Origin: Okeania sp. SIO2F4
GTDB lineage: Bacteria; Cyanobacteriota; Cyanobacteriia; Cyanobacteriales; Microcoleaceae
Assembly: GCF_010672385.1 (NCBI RefSeq)
Contig: NZ_JAAHGT010000021.1
Coordinates: forward strand, 223-64,222
Direction: 5' to 3'
DNA length: 64,000 nt
The notes beneath the pieces were generated by a model. The model worked only from the letters and a program-made list of their open reading frames with translations. It did no database searches and was not told the DNA's origin. Shown one piece after another: positions 1 through 9,500 of the stretch. Position 1 is the first letter of the stretch. The number at the start of each line of letters is the position of its first letter. A program made the translations under genes and the position numbers.

Positions 1-68
1 AAACTAGGATTTGAGATTGCTTCCCTGTCGGTCGCAATGACGGAAATACATTGTACTGCGTAAGTCGT
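1..68. mobile_element. MITE-like element, copy A (left end cut by the window edge)
   Basis: Nearly identical to 6476-6543 and 14553-14620 (aaactaggatttgagattgcttccct.tcggtc.caatgacg.aaatac.ttgtactgcgtaagtc). Ends with the family's right TIR, tgcgtaagtc(g/c)t. Confidence 0.55.
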
Positions 69-167
69 ATTTATTTTAAATTAACCATAGTAGTGAAGTG
101 AATTCAACTAACTTTTGTAAATATTATGTGGCAATTGGGTTGAATTATGGTATAGTACAGATAACTA

Positions 168-3100
168 TTGCAGCTTAATCGCGACGTATCAACCATGACT
201 CATGATTTTGTCAAGCCTAAGAAAATAGGTGGACTTGATACCAACACCCATGCTGGACAAAGAAGTCCATTTGCTGGTCGTCCTTTTTTAGCAACTCCTA
301 GAAGTCAGCCACAGCCCCAAGATATACAAACGATGCGAGAACGGGCGGCACGATACCAAGCTGCAAATCCTCATCTATATGGCACTTCAGCTCAACTTCA
401 AACAGTTCAAAGACAAGCCTCAGAGACAGAAGAAGAAAGCCTCCAGATGAAGGCCAATGAGTCTGTTCAACGAAAGCCAGAACAGCCTGACCTCCAAACA
501 TTGATTAGGCAAAGAGCTGCACGAGCCTATACACCGCTACAACGGATGATGAAAGTTCAAATGGCTGAATATCAGGGCTTGGATCGGGATAAGGAAGATA
601 TCCAGATGCGTCAGGAGTCTTCAGTTCAACGGGAGGCGATGCCAGAGGAACAAGAGAAAAAGAAACCTGAAGATATTCAAGCAAAAACAGAACCTCAACC
701 GGAAGATTTAGAAAAAGAAGAAGATATTCCTCCAGTTCAGGCTACAGCAGAATCTGAACCCGAAGATTTAGAGAAGAAGCCAGAAGATATTCAGCCTAAA
801 CTTAACTCAACTGTTCAAGCCCAAGATGATCTAGACAAGGAGAAGCCAGAAGACCTTCAAGCAAAAGCAGACTCTCAACCGGAAGATTTAGAAGAAGAAG
901 ATTCAACTCCAGTTCAGACAAAGGCAGAGCCAACTGAAACGTTAGAAGAAGAGACAAAACTTGAGGAAAAACAGGAACTGAATGTTCAATCTCAGCCGTC
1001 ACAGCAAGAAGAAGAGGTTGAACTGCAACAAAAGGTTAATCAAGCAATTCAACAGCAGAAACTGGACGAACAGAACAAGGATGCCCAGCTACAAACTCGC
1101 ATCGATCGCTCTATTCAAAGGCAAAAACTCAATAAAGATCGAGACCAAGGTCATTTGCAACAGCAAATTAATCATGCTGTTCAACATCAGGAACTTGAAA
1201 AACAACAGGAGGAAACGCAACTTCAGCGTCGGATTAATCGCGCTATTCAGAAACAGAAAGCCCGTGAGGACGAGGATATTCTTAAAGCACCTCCAGCCAA
1301 AACTCAGTCGGTTCGGCCAAAATCTTTTCAGACTAAGCTCCAGAATAAGTTACAGACTAAGCTAACGGTCGGGAAACCGGGGGACAAATACGAACAAGAA
1401 GCGGACAAAGTGGCGGCTAAAGTTATGGCCATGCCAGAGACAGAGCAGAAAATATCTCAGAAAACTGAATTAGCTCCCAAGCAAGAGGAATCTGAAGTTC
1501 AGATGCGATCGCTGGCCGATTCTGTTACCTCTGTTGGTCATGGACAATTGACTGGTGAGCCACAGTCTGTTGTTCAAAATAAGGAAGGCCAATCTTCAAA
1601 CAAACCCGGTCTGGAAAGTCGTTTAGCTAGTCAGCAGGGTCAGGGAAGTCCTCTACCGGATGAAACGCGCAACTTTATGGAGTCGCGGTTTGGGGCGGAC
1701 TTTGGTAATGTGCGGGTACATACGGGCTCCCAGGCGGTGCAGATGAATAAGGAGTTGGGGGCACAGGCGTTTACTCATGGGAATGATGTTTACTTTAATT
1801 CAGGGAAGTTTAATCCGGGGTCGAGTAGTGGGAAGGAGTTGTTGGCCCATGAGTTGACCCATACAATTCAGCAGACGGGAGGGAAAACCTCAAAATCAAA
1901 CGTTCAAAAGTCCTCCAAAGCCAACAAAGTCCAAACGAAGCCGAGCATGACTCCCTTGACGGAGGAAGAAATACAAGATTTCTACCAATTCTTCTCAGCA
2001 TTCCTAAGTTTATTAAACGAAGAAACACCAGAAAGCGAAGAAACACCAGAAAACGAAGAAACAACACAAAACGAAGAAACAACACAAAACGAAGAAACAC
2101 CACAAAACGAAGAAACAACACAAAACGAAGAAACAACACAAAACGAAGAAACAACACAAAACGAAGAAACAACACAAAACGAAGAAACAACACAAAACGA
2201 AGAAACACCAGAAAGCGAAGAAACACCAGAAAGCGAAGAAACACCAGAAAGCGAAGAAACACCAGAAAGCGAAGAAACACCAGAAAGCGAAGAAACACCA
2301 GAAAGCGAAGAAACTGATGATGGTGGTAGCGGTGGTGGTGGTGGTGGTGGTGGTGGTGGTGGTGTTGGTGTTGGTGTTGGTGTTGGTGTTGGTGTTGGTG
2401 TTGGTGTTGGTGTTGGTGTTGGTGTTGGTGTTGGTGTTGGTGTTGGTGTTGGTGGTGGTGGTGGTGGTGGTGGTGGTGCTGTGGGTGTTGGTGGTGGTGG
2501 TGCAGATGGTCATGGGGATCATGAGAATTCTCAAAATGAAATGGAAGAACAGGAGGAAGAAAATGATCGATCTGAAGAGGAGAAAGAGGAAGATTTAGAA
2601 TCTGCTAAGAACAAATTACAAGAAATTCTTGACAAATCTAAAAAGACAACAGAAGTCGAAAAGCATTTTCCTGCTGTTAAAGAAGAATTTCAACTCAAGG
2701 ATATTAGGTGGGAAAACCTACTCACGCCTGATTCTGCCTTGGTCATAGAAATTAATCCTCTGGACCGACTTGACTTGACACCAAATCGAATCATAGTTGA
2801 TTTAAATATACTTTTTGGTCTACCACCCCAGCCTGTGGAATATACACCGGGTTGGATCAACACTCCTGAGGGAGACCAGGAAGTTGGAAAGAAAATGGAA
2901 GGGAGAATAGGGCCTTATCACATAATAGGAAGTGGGCCACAGGATCTCGGATTACTAACTGCTTATTTACCGACAGATCAAAACATGGATGGTGACAAGC
3001 GTTATATAAGAGGTCATCTTCTTAATCATCACCTTGGAGGAAACGGATACAACGAAAATCTTTATCCCATCACTGCTACAGCAAATGCACGGCATCTTAA

Positions 3101-3773
3101 TCAAGTAGAAAAACATGTAAAAAGATGGGTTGATACAGAAAATTCTTGGGTTCATTACATAGTAGAAGTTGATGAAAAAGAAGTTTATCTCGCTCAGGGA
3201 GATATCACTAACAACGTGATTAATGCTGATTTTATTTGTTATGCATATAAATTGGATACTGATGGAAGGGAGGTATGGGATGGTACTCAGATCCATGGAA
3301 GAAGGATTGAGTCAAGATTGAATATTAGTAGTTCAGGAAATAATGGTTGTTATGCTCAAAATTCTCTAGGTCAAGCAAGATCATTGTCAAATGAAGAATG
3401 TATAAACGAACTAGATACACCTAATAATGAAAACGAACTAGATACACCTAATAATGAAAACGAACTAGATACACCTAATAATGAAAACGAACTAGATACA
3501 CCTAATAATGAAAACGAACTAGATACACCTAATAATGAAAACGAACTAGATACACCTAACAATGAAAACGAACTAGATACACCTAATAATGAAAACGAAC
3601 TAGATACACCTAATAATGAAAACGAACTAGATACACCTAATAATGAAAACGAACTAGATATACCTAAGAATGTTAATCCACCTGATAATGAAATTGAAAA
3701 TATGCTCGATCCCACCGGCGAATGTAATGGGTGTAGTATGGATAAAGGTTTATTTGATCAGGTTGTTGGTTGA
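168..3773 (+). CDS. Polymorphic toxin: DUF4157 (HExxH, eCIS-associated) module plus RGH-type beta-beta-alpha-Me nuclease-like domain, joined by long low-complexity linkers
   Basis: 1201-codon ORF (TTG at 168, first ATG at 195). 'LPDETRNFMESRFGADFGNVRVHTG...GKELLAHELTHTIQQ' is the DUF4157 signature, with HELTH at nt 1848-1862. 'YIRGHLLNHHLGGNGYNENLYPITATANARHLNQVEKHV' (nt ~3003-3130) resembles the RGH...N...N core of non-specific endonucleases. The remainder is Q/E-rich sequence and tandem repeats. Confidence 0.75.
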   Translation: MQLNRDVSTMTHDFVKPKKIGGLDTNTHAGQRSPFAGRPFLATPRSQPQPQDIQTMRERAARYQAANPHLYGTSAQLQTVQRQASETEEESLQMKANESVQRKPEQPDLQTLIRQRAARAYTPLQRMMKVQMAEYQGLDRDKEDIQMRQESSVQREAMPEEQEKKKPEDIQAKTEPQPEDLEKEEDIPPVQATAESEPEDLEKKPEDIQPKLNSTVQAQDDLDKEKPEDLQAKADSQPEDLEEEDSTPVQTKAEPTETLEEETKLEEKQELNVQSQPSQQEEEVELQQKVNQAIQQQKLDEQNKDAQLQTRIDRSIQRQKLNKDRDQGHLQQQINHAVQHQELEKQQEETQLQRRINRAIQKQKAREDEDILKAPPAKTQSVRPKSFQTKLQNKLQTKLTVGKPGDKYEQEADKVAAKVMAMPETEQKISQKTELAPKQEESEVQMRSLADSVTSVGHGQLTGEPQSVVQNKEGQSSNKPGLESRLASQQGQGSPLPDETRNFMESRFGADFGNVRVHTGSQAVQMNKELGAQAFTHGNDVYFNSGKFNPGSSSGKELLAHELTHTIQQTGGKTSKSNVQKSSKANKVQTKPSMTPLTEEEIQDFYQFFSAFLSLLNEETPESEETPENEETTQNEETTQNEETPQNEETTQNEETTQNEETTQNEETTQNEETTQNEETPESEETPESEETPESEETPESEETPESEETPESEETDDGGSGGGGGGGGGGGVGVGVGVGVGVGVGVGVGVGVGVGVGVGVGGGGGGGGGAVGVGGGGADGHGDHENSQNEMEEQEEENDRSEEEKEEDLESAKNKLQEILDKSKKTTEVEKHFPAVKEEFQLKDIRWENLLTPDSALVIEINPLDRLDLTPNRIIVDLNILFGLPPQPVEYTPGWINTPEGDQEVGKKMEGRIGPYHIIGSGPQDLGLLTAYLPTDQNMDGDKRYIRGHLLNHHLGGNGYNENLYPITATANARHLNQVEKHVKRWVDTENSWVHYIVEVDEKEVYLAQGDITNNVINADFICYAYKLDTDGREVWDGTQIHGRRIESRLNISSSGNNGCYAQNSLGQARSLSNEECINELDTPNNENELDTPNNENELDTPNNENELDTPNNENELDTPNNENELDTPNNENELDTPNNENELDTPNNENELDTPNNENELDIPKNVNPPDNEIENMLDPTGECNGCSMDKGLFDQVVG
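2019..2313 (+). repeat. In-frame 18-bp coding tandem repeat (EETPES / EETTQN units, about 16 copies)
   Basis: gaagaaacaccagaaagc and gaagaaacaacacaaaac units follow each other head to tail inside the toxin ORF. Confidence 0.9.
2319..2492 (+). repeat. (GGT)n / (GGTGTT)n microsatellite encoding a poly-Gly and (Gly-Val)n tract
   Basis: Uninterrupted ggt and ggtgtt runs read directly. They translate as GGGGGGGGGGGVGVGV...GGGGGGG in the toxin frame. Confidence 0.9.
3405..3672 (+). repeat. 27-bp in-frame tandem repeat, about 10 copies (NELDTPNNE)
   Basis: aacgaactagatacacctaataatgaa repeats almost perfectly. The last unit is diverged (NELDIPKNV). Confidence 0.9.
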
Positions 3774-3890
3774 TGTGATGGATGATTCAGAAACACAGAA
3801 ACCAATAATTTTTTCACAAATGAAGATAATTCAATATAACAGTGAGTAAAACTTATGAAAAATACAAGTTATATATAGCAATTTCATTCA

Positions 3891-4490
3891 ATGGTAGCTA
3901 GTCTTAAAAATAACTCTGCTATTGATGTTTATCTATATAATTTTAATCCTCCAGCAACAAAAGAGGAATTAAATGAAGCGCAAAGCAAATTTAACCTTAC
4001 CTCGGCAATGATTGATTTTTATAGTGAAGCAAATGGTATCACTATTGAATGGGAAAAGCTAGGGAAAAAGGAAGTTCCGGAAGGAGGATTAATCGCTGGA
4101 TTGATTGATTTATTGCCAATTCAGGAAGTATTTAGGGATTGGAAAGATAATATTTATTTTGATGAAAATGATCCTTGTAAAGCATTACATCCCATAGACT
4201 ATTTTATTGGCAATGCTTGTGCAGGACTTTATTTAGATGGCTCAGATAATCCCGAAATCTATTATTACTATCGGGGTCGAAGAATTAGACCATTAGGTGT
4301 AGATTTCGAGGGCTATCTTCAACTGTTACTTAAATCTCGTGGTTTTTGGTATTGGCAACTAGCTATTGCTGGCCCTGAAGACATTGACCCTTCTGCAACT
4401 ATGTCCAGAGAAGAAAGAAACTTTCGAGAAATTATTCCACAGCTTTTTCCAGACTTTAATCAATCAGACTTTCAACGGCTAGAACAATGA
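3891..4490 (+). CDS. SMI1/KNR4 (SUKH)-like putative immunity protein
   Basis: 199-aa ORF immediately downstream of the toxin. Its N-terminal 'EELNEAQSKFNLTSAMIDFYSEANGITIEWE' fits the SUKH-1 pattern (ligand-question motif followed by 'nG'). The position is typical of an immunity gene. Confidence 0.5.
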   Translation: MVASLKNNSAIDVYLYNFNPPATKEELNEAQSKFNLTSAMIDFYSEANGITIEWEKLGKKEVPEGGLIAGLIDLLPIQEVFRDWKDNIYFDENDPCKALHPIDYFIGNACAGLYLDGSDNPEIYYYYRGRRIRPLGVDFEGYLQLLLKSRGFWYWQLAIAGPEDIDPSATMSREERNFREIIPQLFPDFNQSDFQRLEQ

Positions 4491-4575
4491 AAATATTTCA
4501 CAGTATTCCACATTTTTGAGATACTTTAGTTATTGCGATCGCGAATCTTCATAGGTTATTCAATACTAAACTATC

Positions 4576-5706
4576 ATGGGTACGCTAATTCAGTCTGTTG
4601 CTTCCCTCGATCACTTCCAACTTTGGCCTAATTCTAACTCCCCCGTTTATCTTCAGACCGCAACTGTTACCCTAATTCAACAGGATGAGGAAATCATCGA
4701 GTGTCGCCTGACTTTTGGGGTTACTCCTGAACTCTACCATAGTATTGACACTGAAGCACTGTTCAACCTCAAGCCTGAAGTTCGGACTATGTTAACTAAT
4801 GGCCACTTCCAACCTCAACTCGATATCCATATTGAAGCCACTCTCAAACCTGATTTACTTCCTCTGCTTCTACAACAGGCGATCAACGCCGAAGAAGCGG
4901 CTTTTTATATTTCTAACCTCAGTCAAAAGCAAGCATCCTCACCAGACAGCTATACACTCCCTGAGACTGACCATCCTTACACTTTGTTAGAAACTGAAAA
5001 TTGGTTGGCCTTGTCTGTGGTACAACATCAAAATTCAGGAGAAATAGGCTACCGCACGTTTTGGTCTTATGTCAATCCTCAGACTTTAAATCGTAATTCT
5101 ATTTCCAGTGAAGAATTATCTGAAAATATCACCCGCTTTTTTACTGATGTCCTTGGTGGAAGTTTGGATAGTGCGATGCAAGAATTTGCCGATGAAACCG
5201 TCGGAAAAATTTCTAACTTTTTTCAAGAACTTACCTTAAAATCTTCTCCAAATCCTTCTATGTTTCAGACAGTTCTCAACTTTTTTACCGAAGATGACTG
5301 GCCATTTACTAAAATTCAAGGTGATTTTGCTTTACGTTTGGCCTTTCAAGGAAAAAATGGTACTTGGGACTGTTACGCCAAAGTTAGGGAACCACAACAA
5401 CAGTTCGTTTTCTATTCTGTTTGTTCGGTTAATACACCAGAAAATAAACGACAGGCGATTGGAGAATTCATCACCCGTGCCAACTATGACATGATTATAG
5501 GAAACTTTGAATTTGATTTCACAGATGGAGAAATTCGCTACAAAACTGGAATTGACGTACAAGGGGATAGACTGAGTTTTGCATTAATCAAACAGATGGT
5601 TTACGCCAATGTGATGATGATGGACGAATATTTACCAGGAATTCAAGCTGTTCTCTCTGAAAACCTCTCGCCCCTCGAAGCAATTACCAAGATAGAAGCT
5701 AGCTAA
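4576..5706 (+). CDS. Hypothetical protein with a C-terminal YbjN-like (T3SS-chaperone-like) domain
   Basis: 376-aa ORF. The C-terminal ~140 aa ('DWPFTKIQGDFALRLAFQGKNGTWDCYAKV...FVFYSVC...ANYDMIIGNFEFDFTDGEIRYKTGIDV') resemble YbjN-family domains. The N-terminal half is unrecognised. Confidence 0.45.
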   Translation: MGTLIQSVASLDHFQLWPNSNSPVYLQTATVTLIQQDEEIIECRLTFGVTPELYHSIDTEALFNLKPEVRTMLTNGHFQPQLDIHIEATLKPDLLPLLLQQAINAEEAAFYISNLSQKQASSPDSYTLPETDHPYTLLETENWLALSVVQHQNSGEIGYRTFWSYVNPQTLNRNSISSEELSENITRFFTDVLGGSLDSAMQEFADETVGKISNFFQELTLKSSPNPSMFQTVLNFFTEDDWPFTKIQGDFALRLAFQGKNGTWDCYAKVREPQQQFVFYSVCSVNTPENKRQAIGEFITRANYDMIIGNFEFDFTDGEIRYKTGIDVQGDRLSFALIKQMVYANVMMMDEYLPGIQAVLSENLSPLEAITKIEAS

Positions 5707-5801
5707 AGTATTGATAATTCATTAAGCAGAATAGAAAAAGGAGTCAAAAAATAAAGTTTTAATTAACACTAATTATTCTTGTTTTTGCAACAAAACTAAT
5801 A

Positions 5802-6416
5802 TTAAAAATAATTATTTATCCTATTTCTATCAGGATTAATTCCTGTGGGAAGTTTACGATTATTTCTAGTTTTTTTGCGGTTATCTAAACTATCAATTTC
5901 ACGACGAACTTGAGAAAGGGTATCAGAAACTTGATTTTTTGTACCATCATAACCAAGTGATTTTGAAGGTTTACTATGCTCTGTTTCTTTAAGTATTAAA
6001 CTATCAATTACAGCTCTAACAGGTGTTCCATCACTCAGAAACATTGTCAACTTATAATTGAGTCGTTCAATAAAACAACTCCGAAGATAAATTTGGTCTC
6101 CCCAAATAAACTTATAAATAGGTGGAGATTCTTTTCCCTGGGCAAATTCTACAGCTTTCCGAAACGGATCGATAAAAGTTGTCACAACATTCAATCCAGA
6201 TTCATAAGTATCAAATAAAATATTATTAATTGTTACTTGGTAGGGTTTAGTATGAGAAAAGCTAACTTTAGGAACTCCAGTATTATTATCTCTTGAACCA
6301 GGATTATCTGCAATTTGGACGACTCTTTCAAATACTAATTCTTTGGGATTAAACATAAATATAATATCCGGCGCATTATCCTGACATTTTAAAATAGCTT
6401 TAACAAGTTGTGCCAT
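5802..6416 (-). CDS. Contractile-injection-system tube-protein N-terminal-domain-like protein (tube-initiator-like, no LysM)
   Basis: I place the start at ATG 6416 (MAQLVKAILKCQD...), preceded by ggaga. The longer track ORF would read through a MITE. 'AILKC...IIFMFNPKELVFERVV...VSFSHTKPYQVTINNILFDTYE' matches the 'FxFNPeel' pattern of CIS tube / Afp7-N-like proteins. Confidence 0.5.
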   Translation of the reverse strand: MAQLVKAILKCQDNAPDIIFMFNPKELVFERVVQIADNPGSRDNNTGVPKVSFSHTKPYQVTINNILFDTYESGLNVVTTFIDPFRKAVEFAQGKESPPIYKFIWGDQIYLRSCFIERLNYKLTMFLSDGTPVRAVIDSLILKETEHSKPSKSLGYDGTKNQVSDTLSQVRREIDSLDNRKKTRNNRKLPTGINPDRNRINNYF

Positions 6417-6452
6417 AATATTCTCCTTAAAAAATTTAATTATAATATATAC

Positions 6453-6543
6453 AGGACTTACGCATGAGGTAGGAAAAACTAGGATTTGAGATTGCTTCCC
6501 TGTCGGTCGCAATGACGAAAATACGTTGTACTGCGTAAGTCCT
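6453..6543. mobile_element. MITE-like element, copy B (91 bp, 12-bp TIRs aggacttacgca / tgcgtaagtcct)
   Basis: Perfect terminal inverted repeats. The interior is almost identical to copies A and C. It lies exactly between the stop of the 1491-aa gene (6551) and the start of the tube-like gene (6416). Confidence 0.65.
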
Positions 6544-6550
6544 AATATAT

Positions 6551-9500
6551 TTACCAAGGTATATTACCTCTATAGTAAGGTCCTAAACGTTCTCTTTCTA
6601 TCTCTATTTTTAATTGTAATAATTGATAAATTTTTCGAGTAAGAGTTTGTAATTTATAATTAACTAAAGAAACTGTTGCTCCAGTTTGCGATCGAAGTTG
6701 TCCAGGACGATTTAGACTTGAAGACAACCCTGGTGTTTTGATAGGAGCGGTTTGACTAATAGTATCGAACCACGGCAAAGAGCCACCTGTTTTGAAGTCA
6801 TGACGTTCTCGTTCTAATTCAAGTTGTTGTCTTAATAAATTATAAACTTTTCGCGCCAACATTTCCAACTGTTCCTCATCAATTACAGTAATTTCTCTAT
6901 CTTCTCCAATCACTTTTTCCACTTTTGCTGAAGAACTTGAAATAGATGTTGGAAGTTCGGGAAGAGATTGTTCTTTTCCTATTGTAATTAATTCAGAAGT
7001 TTCCAGAGGCAACTGAGAATTAGATGATGGATTAAAGCGATCGTAATCCAGAATTTCTGTTATATTTGACCAGGATTCTTGTATGTTATCTATTACTGGA
7101 ACACTTTCATCTATTAGTTTAAATTGATTCGACCAAACTTCTTTAATTTGAGAATTTGCTTGGTTTTTAGAAGGTTGAAAAGAACCTATGTCAGTTGATG
7201 TTTCAGAATTTGATAAACTCTCAAAAAATTCACTCATTAGTTGGGATTGAATAAAATCTGATTGTTGAGCTAAAGGAGAATGAGATTGAATACGATTTAG
7301 GTTAGTTAAATTTTCAGGATTTAAGCGAGGTTGAATTTGAGAGACTTGATTTTCTGTTGTTTCTTGAGGAATAGTATCAGTAACTTCTGATTGTAATAAA
7401 GGTAAATATTCTGTAGTAGTTTGGGCTTTTTCTGGTAATTTAACTGTTGATTTTTGTTGAAATAAATCAATAGTTTTTTCTTGTGTTAACTGTTGGATTC
7501 CAATAGTTTCATCTAAAGCTTTGGGGCTTATTTCTGGTGATTTTACTATGGATTTTTCTTGAAGTGAATCCATAGGTAATTCTGGGATTAACTGTTGAGT
7601 TTCAATAATTTTATCTAAAAGTTTTGGAGTTGTTTCTGGCGATTGAGCTATGGATTTTTCTTGAAGTGAATCCATATTTTCTTCTGGGATTAACTCTTGG
7701 GTTTCAATAATTTCATCTAAAGCTATATTCGTTTCTTCTAAATTTTTTTCATAAGCAGGAACAGTTGAAATTTTAGGAACTAAATTAATAGGTTTTTCTT
7801 GTATTAATTGTTGGGTTTCAATAGTTTCATCTGAAGCTTTTTTTTCTATTTCTGGTGATTTTACTGTAGATTTTTCTTGAACTAAATCAATAGGTATCTC
7901 TGGGATTAACTCTTGGGCTTCAATAGTTTCATCTAAAGCTTTGGGGGTAATTTCTGGGATTTTAACTATGGATTTTTCTTGAACTAAATCAATAGGTAGC
8001 TCTGGGATTAACTGTTTATTTTCAGTAGTTTCATCTAAAACTTTTGGAGCTGTTTCTGGCGATTTAGCTATGAATTTTTCTTGAAGTAAATCCATATTTT
8101 CTTCTGGAATTAATTCTTGGGTTTCAACAATTTTATCTGAAGTCTTGGGGGTTGTTTCTGGCAATTGAGCTATAGATTTTTCTTGAAGTGAATCAATAGG
8201 TGATTCTGGGATTAACTCTTGAGGTTCAATAGTTTTATCTAAAACTTTTGGAGCTGTTCCTGGCGATTGAGCTATGAATTTTTCTTGAATTAAATCTATA
8301 CTTTCTTCTGGGATTAACTCTTGGGTTTTAACAGTTTCATCTGAAACTTTGGGTGTGATTTCTGGGAATTTTACTGTGGATGTTCCTTGAAATAAATCAG
8401 TAGGTTGTTCTGGGATTAACTCTTGGGTTTCAACAGTTTCATCTGAAGCTTTGGGTGTGATTTCTGGTGATTTATCTATGAATTTTTCTTGAATTAAATC
8501 CATATTTTCTTCTGGAATTAACTCTTGGGTTTCAATAATTTCATCTGAAACTTTGGGTGTTGTTTCTAGGGATTGAACTAGAGATTTTTCTTGAAGTAAA
8601 TCAATAGGTAATTCTGGGAATAATTCTTGAATGTAAAGAGTTTCATCTGAAGCTTTTGGCGTAGTTTCTGGTGATTTAAATGTCGAATTTTCTTCAACTA
8701 AGTCACTAGATTTATCTGGAATTAACTCTTGATTTTCAAGAGTTTCGCCTGAAACTTTTGATGTTATTTCTGGTGATTGAACTGTGGATTTTTCTTGAAC
8801 TAAGTCACTAGATTGCTCTGGGATTAACTGTTGAGGTTTAACAGTTTCGTCTGAAGCTATATTTGTTTCTTCTACAATTTTTTCAGAAGCAGGAATGGTT
8901 GAAGTTTTCGGAACTAAATTAATAGGTTGTTTTTCTATTAACTGTTGGGGTTCAATAGTCTCATCTGAAGCTGTTTTTTCTGTTTCTGGTGATTGAACTG
9001 TTGATTTTTCTTGAACTAAGTCAGTAGATTTTGGGGTTAACTCTTGATTTTTAACAGTTTCATCTAAAACTTTGGGTCTTCTTTCTGGTGATTGAACTGT
9101 CAAATTTTCTTGAACTAAGTCAATAGATCGTTCTTGTATTAACTGTTGAGTCTCAATAGTTTCATCTGAAGCTGTTTTTTCTATTTCTGGTGATTGAACT
9201 GTTGATTTTTCTTGAACTAAATCAATAGCTTTTTCTGGGATTAACTCTTGATTTTCAATATTTTCATCGGAAGCGGTTTTTTGTGTTCCTGAGAATTTTA
9301 CTGTGAAATTTTCTGGAACTAAGTCAGTATATTTCTCTGGAATTAACTCTTGAGGTTCAATATTTTCATCATTACCTATATTCGTTTCTTCTAAATTTTT
9401 TTGAGAACCTGGAATAGTTGAAGTTCCGGGAATTAAATTAATAGGTATCTCTGGGATTAACTCTTGATTTTCAATATTTTCATCTGAAGCGGTTTTTGGT

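Noticed and set aside
1810-2598. Track ORFs 1810-2298(-), 2013-2534(-) and 2317-2598(+) encoding FLRFLVFLR..., poly-T/N and poly-V/L peptides
   Set aside because: They are alternative-frame or antisense readings of the 18-bp and GGT/GGTGTT repeats inside the 1201-aa toxin ORF. Low-complexity repeats stay open in several frames by construction.
3371-3715. Antisense 114-aa ORF (GVSSSFSLL repeats)
   Set aside because: It is the reverse-strand reading of the 27-bp NELDTPNNE repeat. No independent evidence supports it.
6417-6557. N-terminal 47-aa extension of track ORF 5802-6557
   Set aside because: The extension is translated from the MITE copy at 6453-6543 and overlaps the stop of the upstream gene. 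An internal ATG at 6416 with a ggaga RBS starts the conserved domain.
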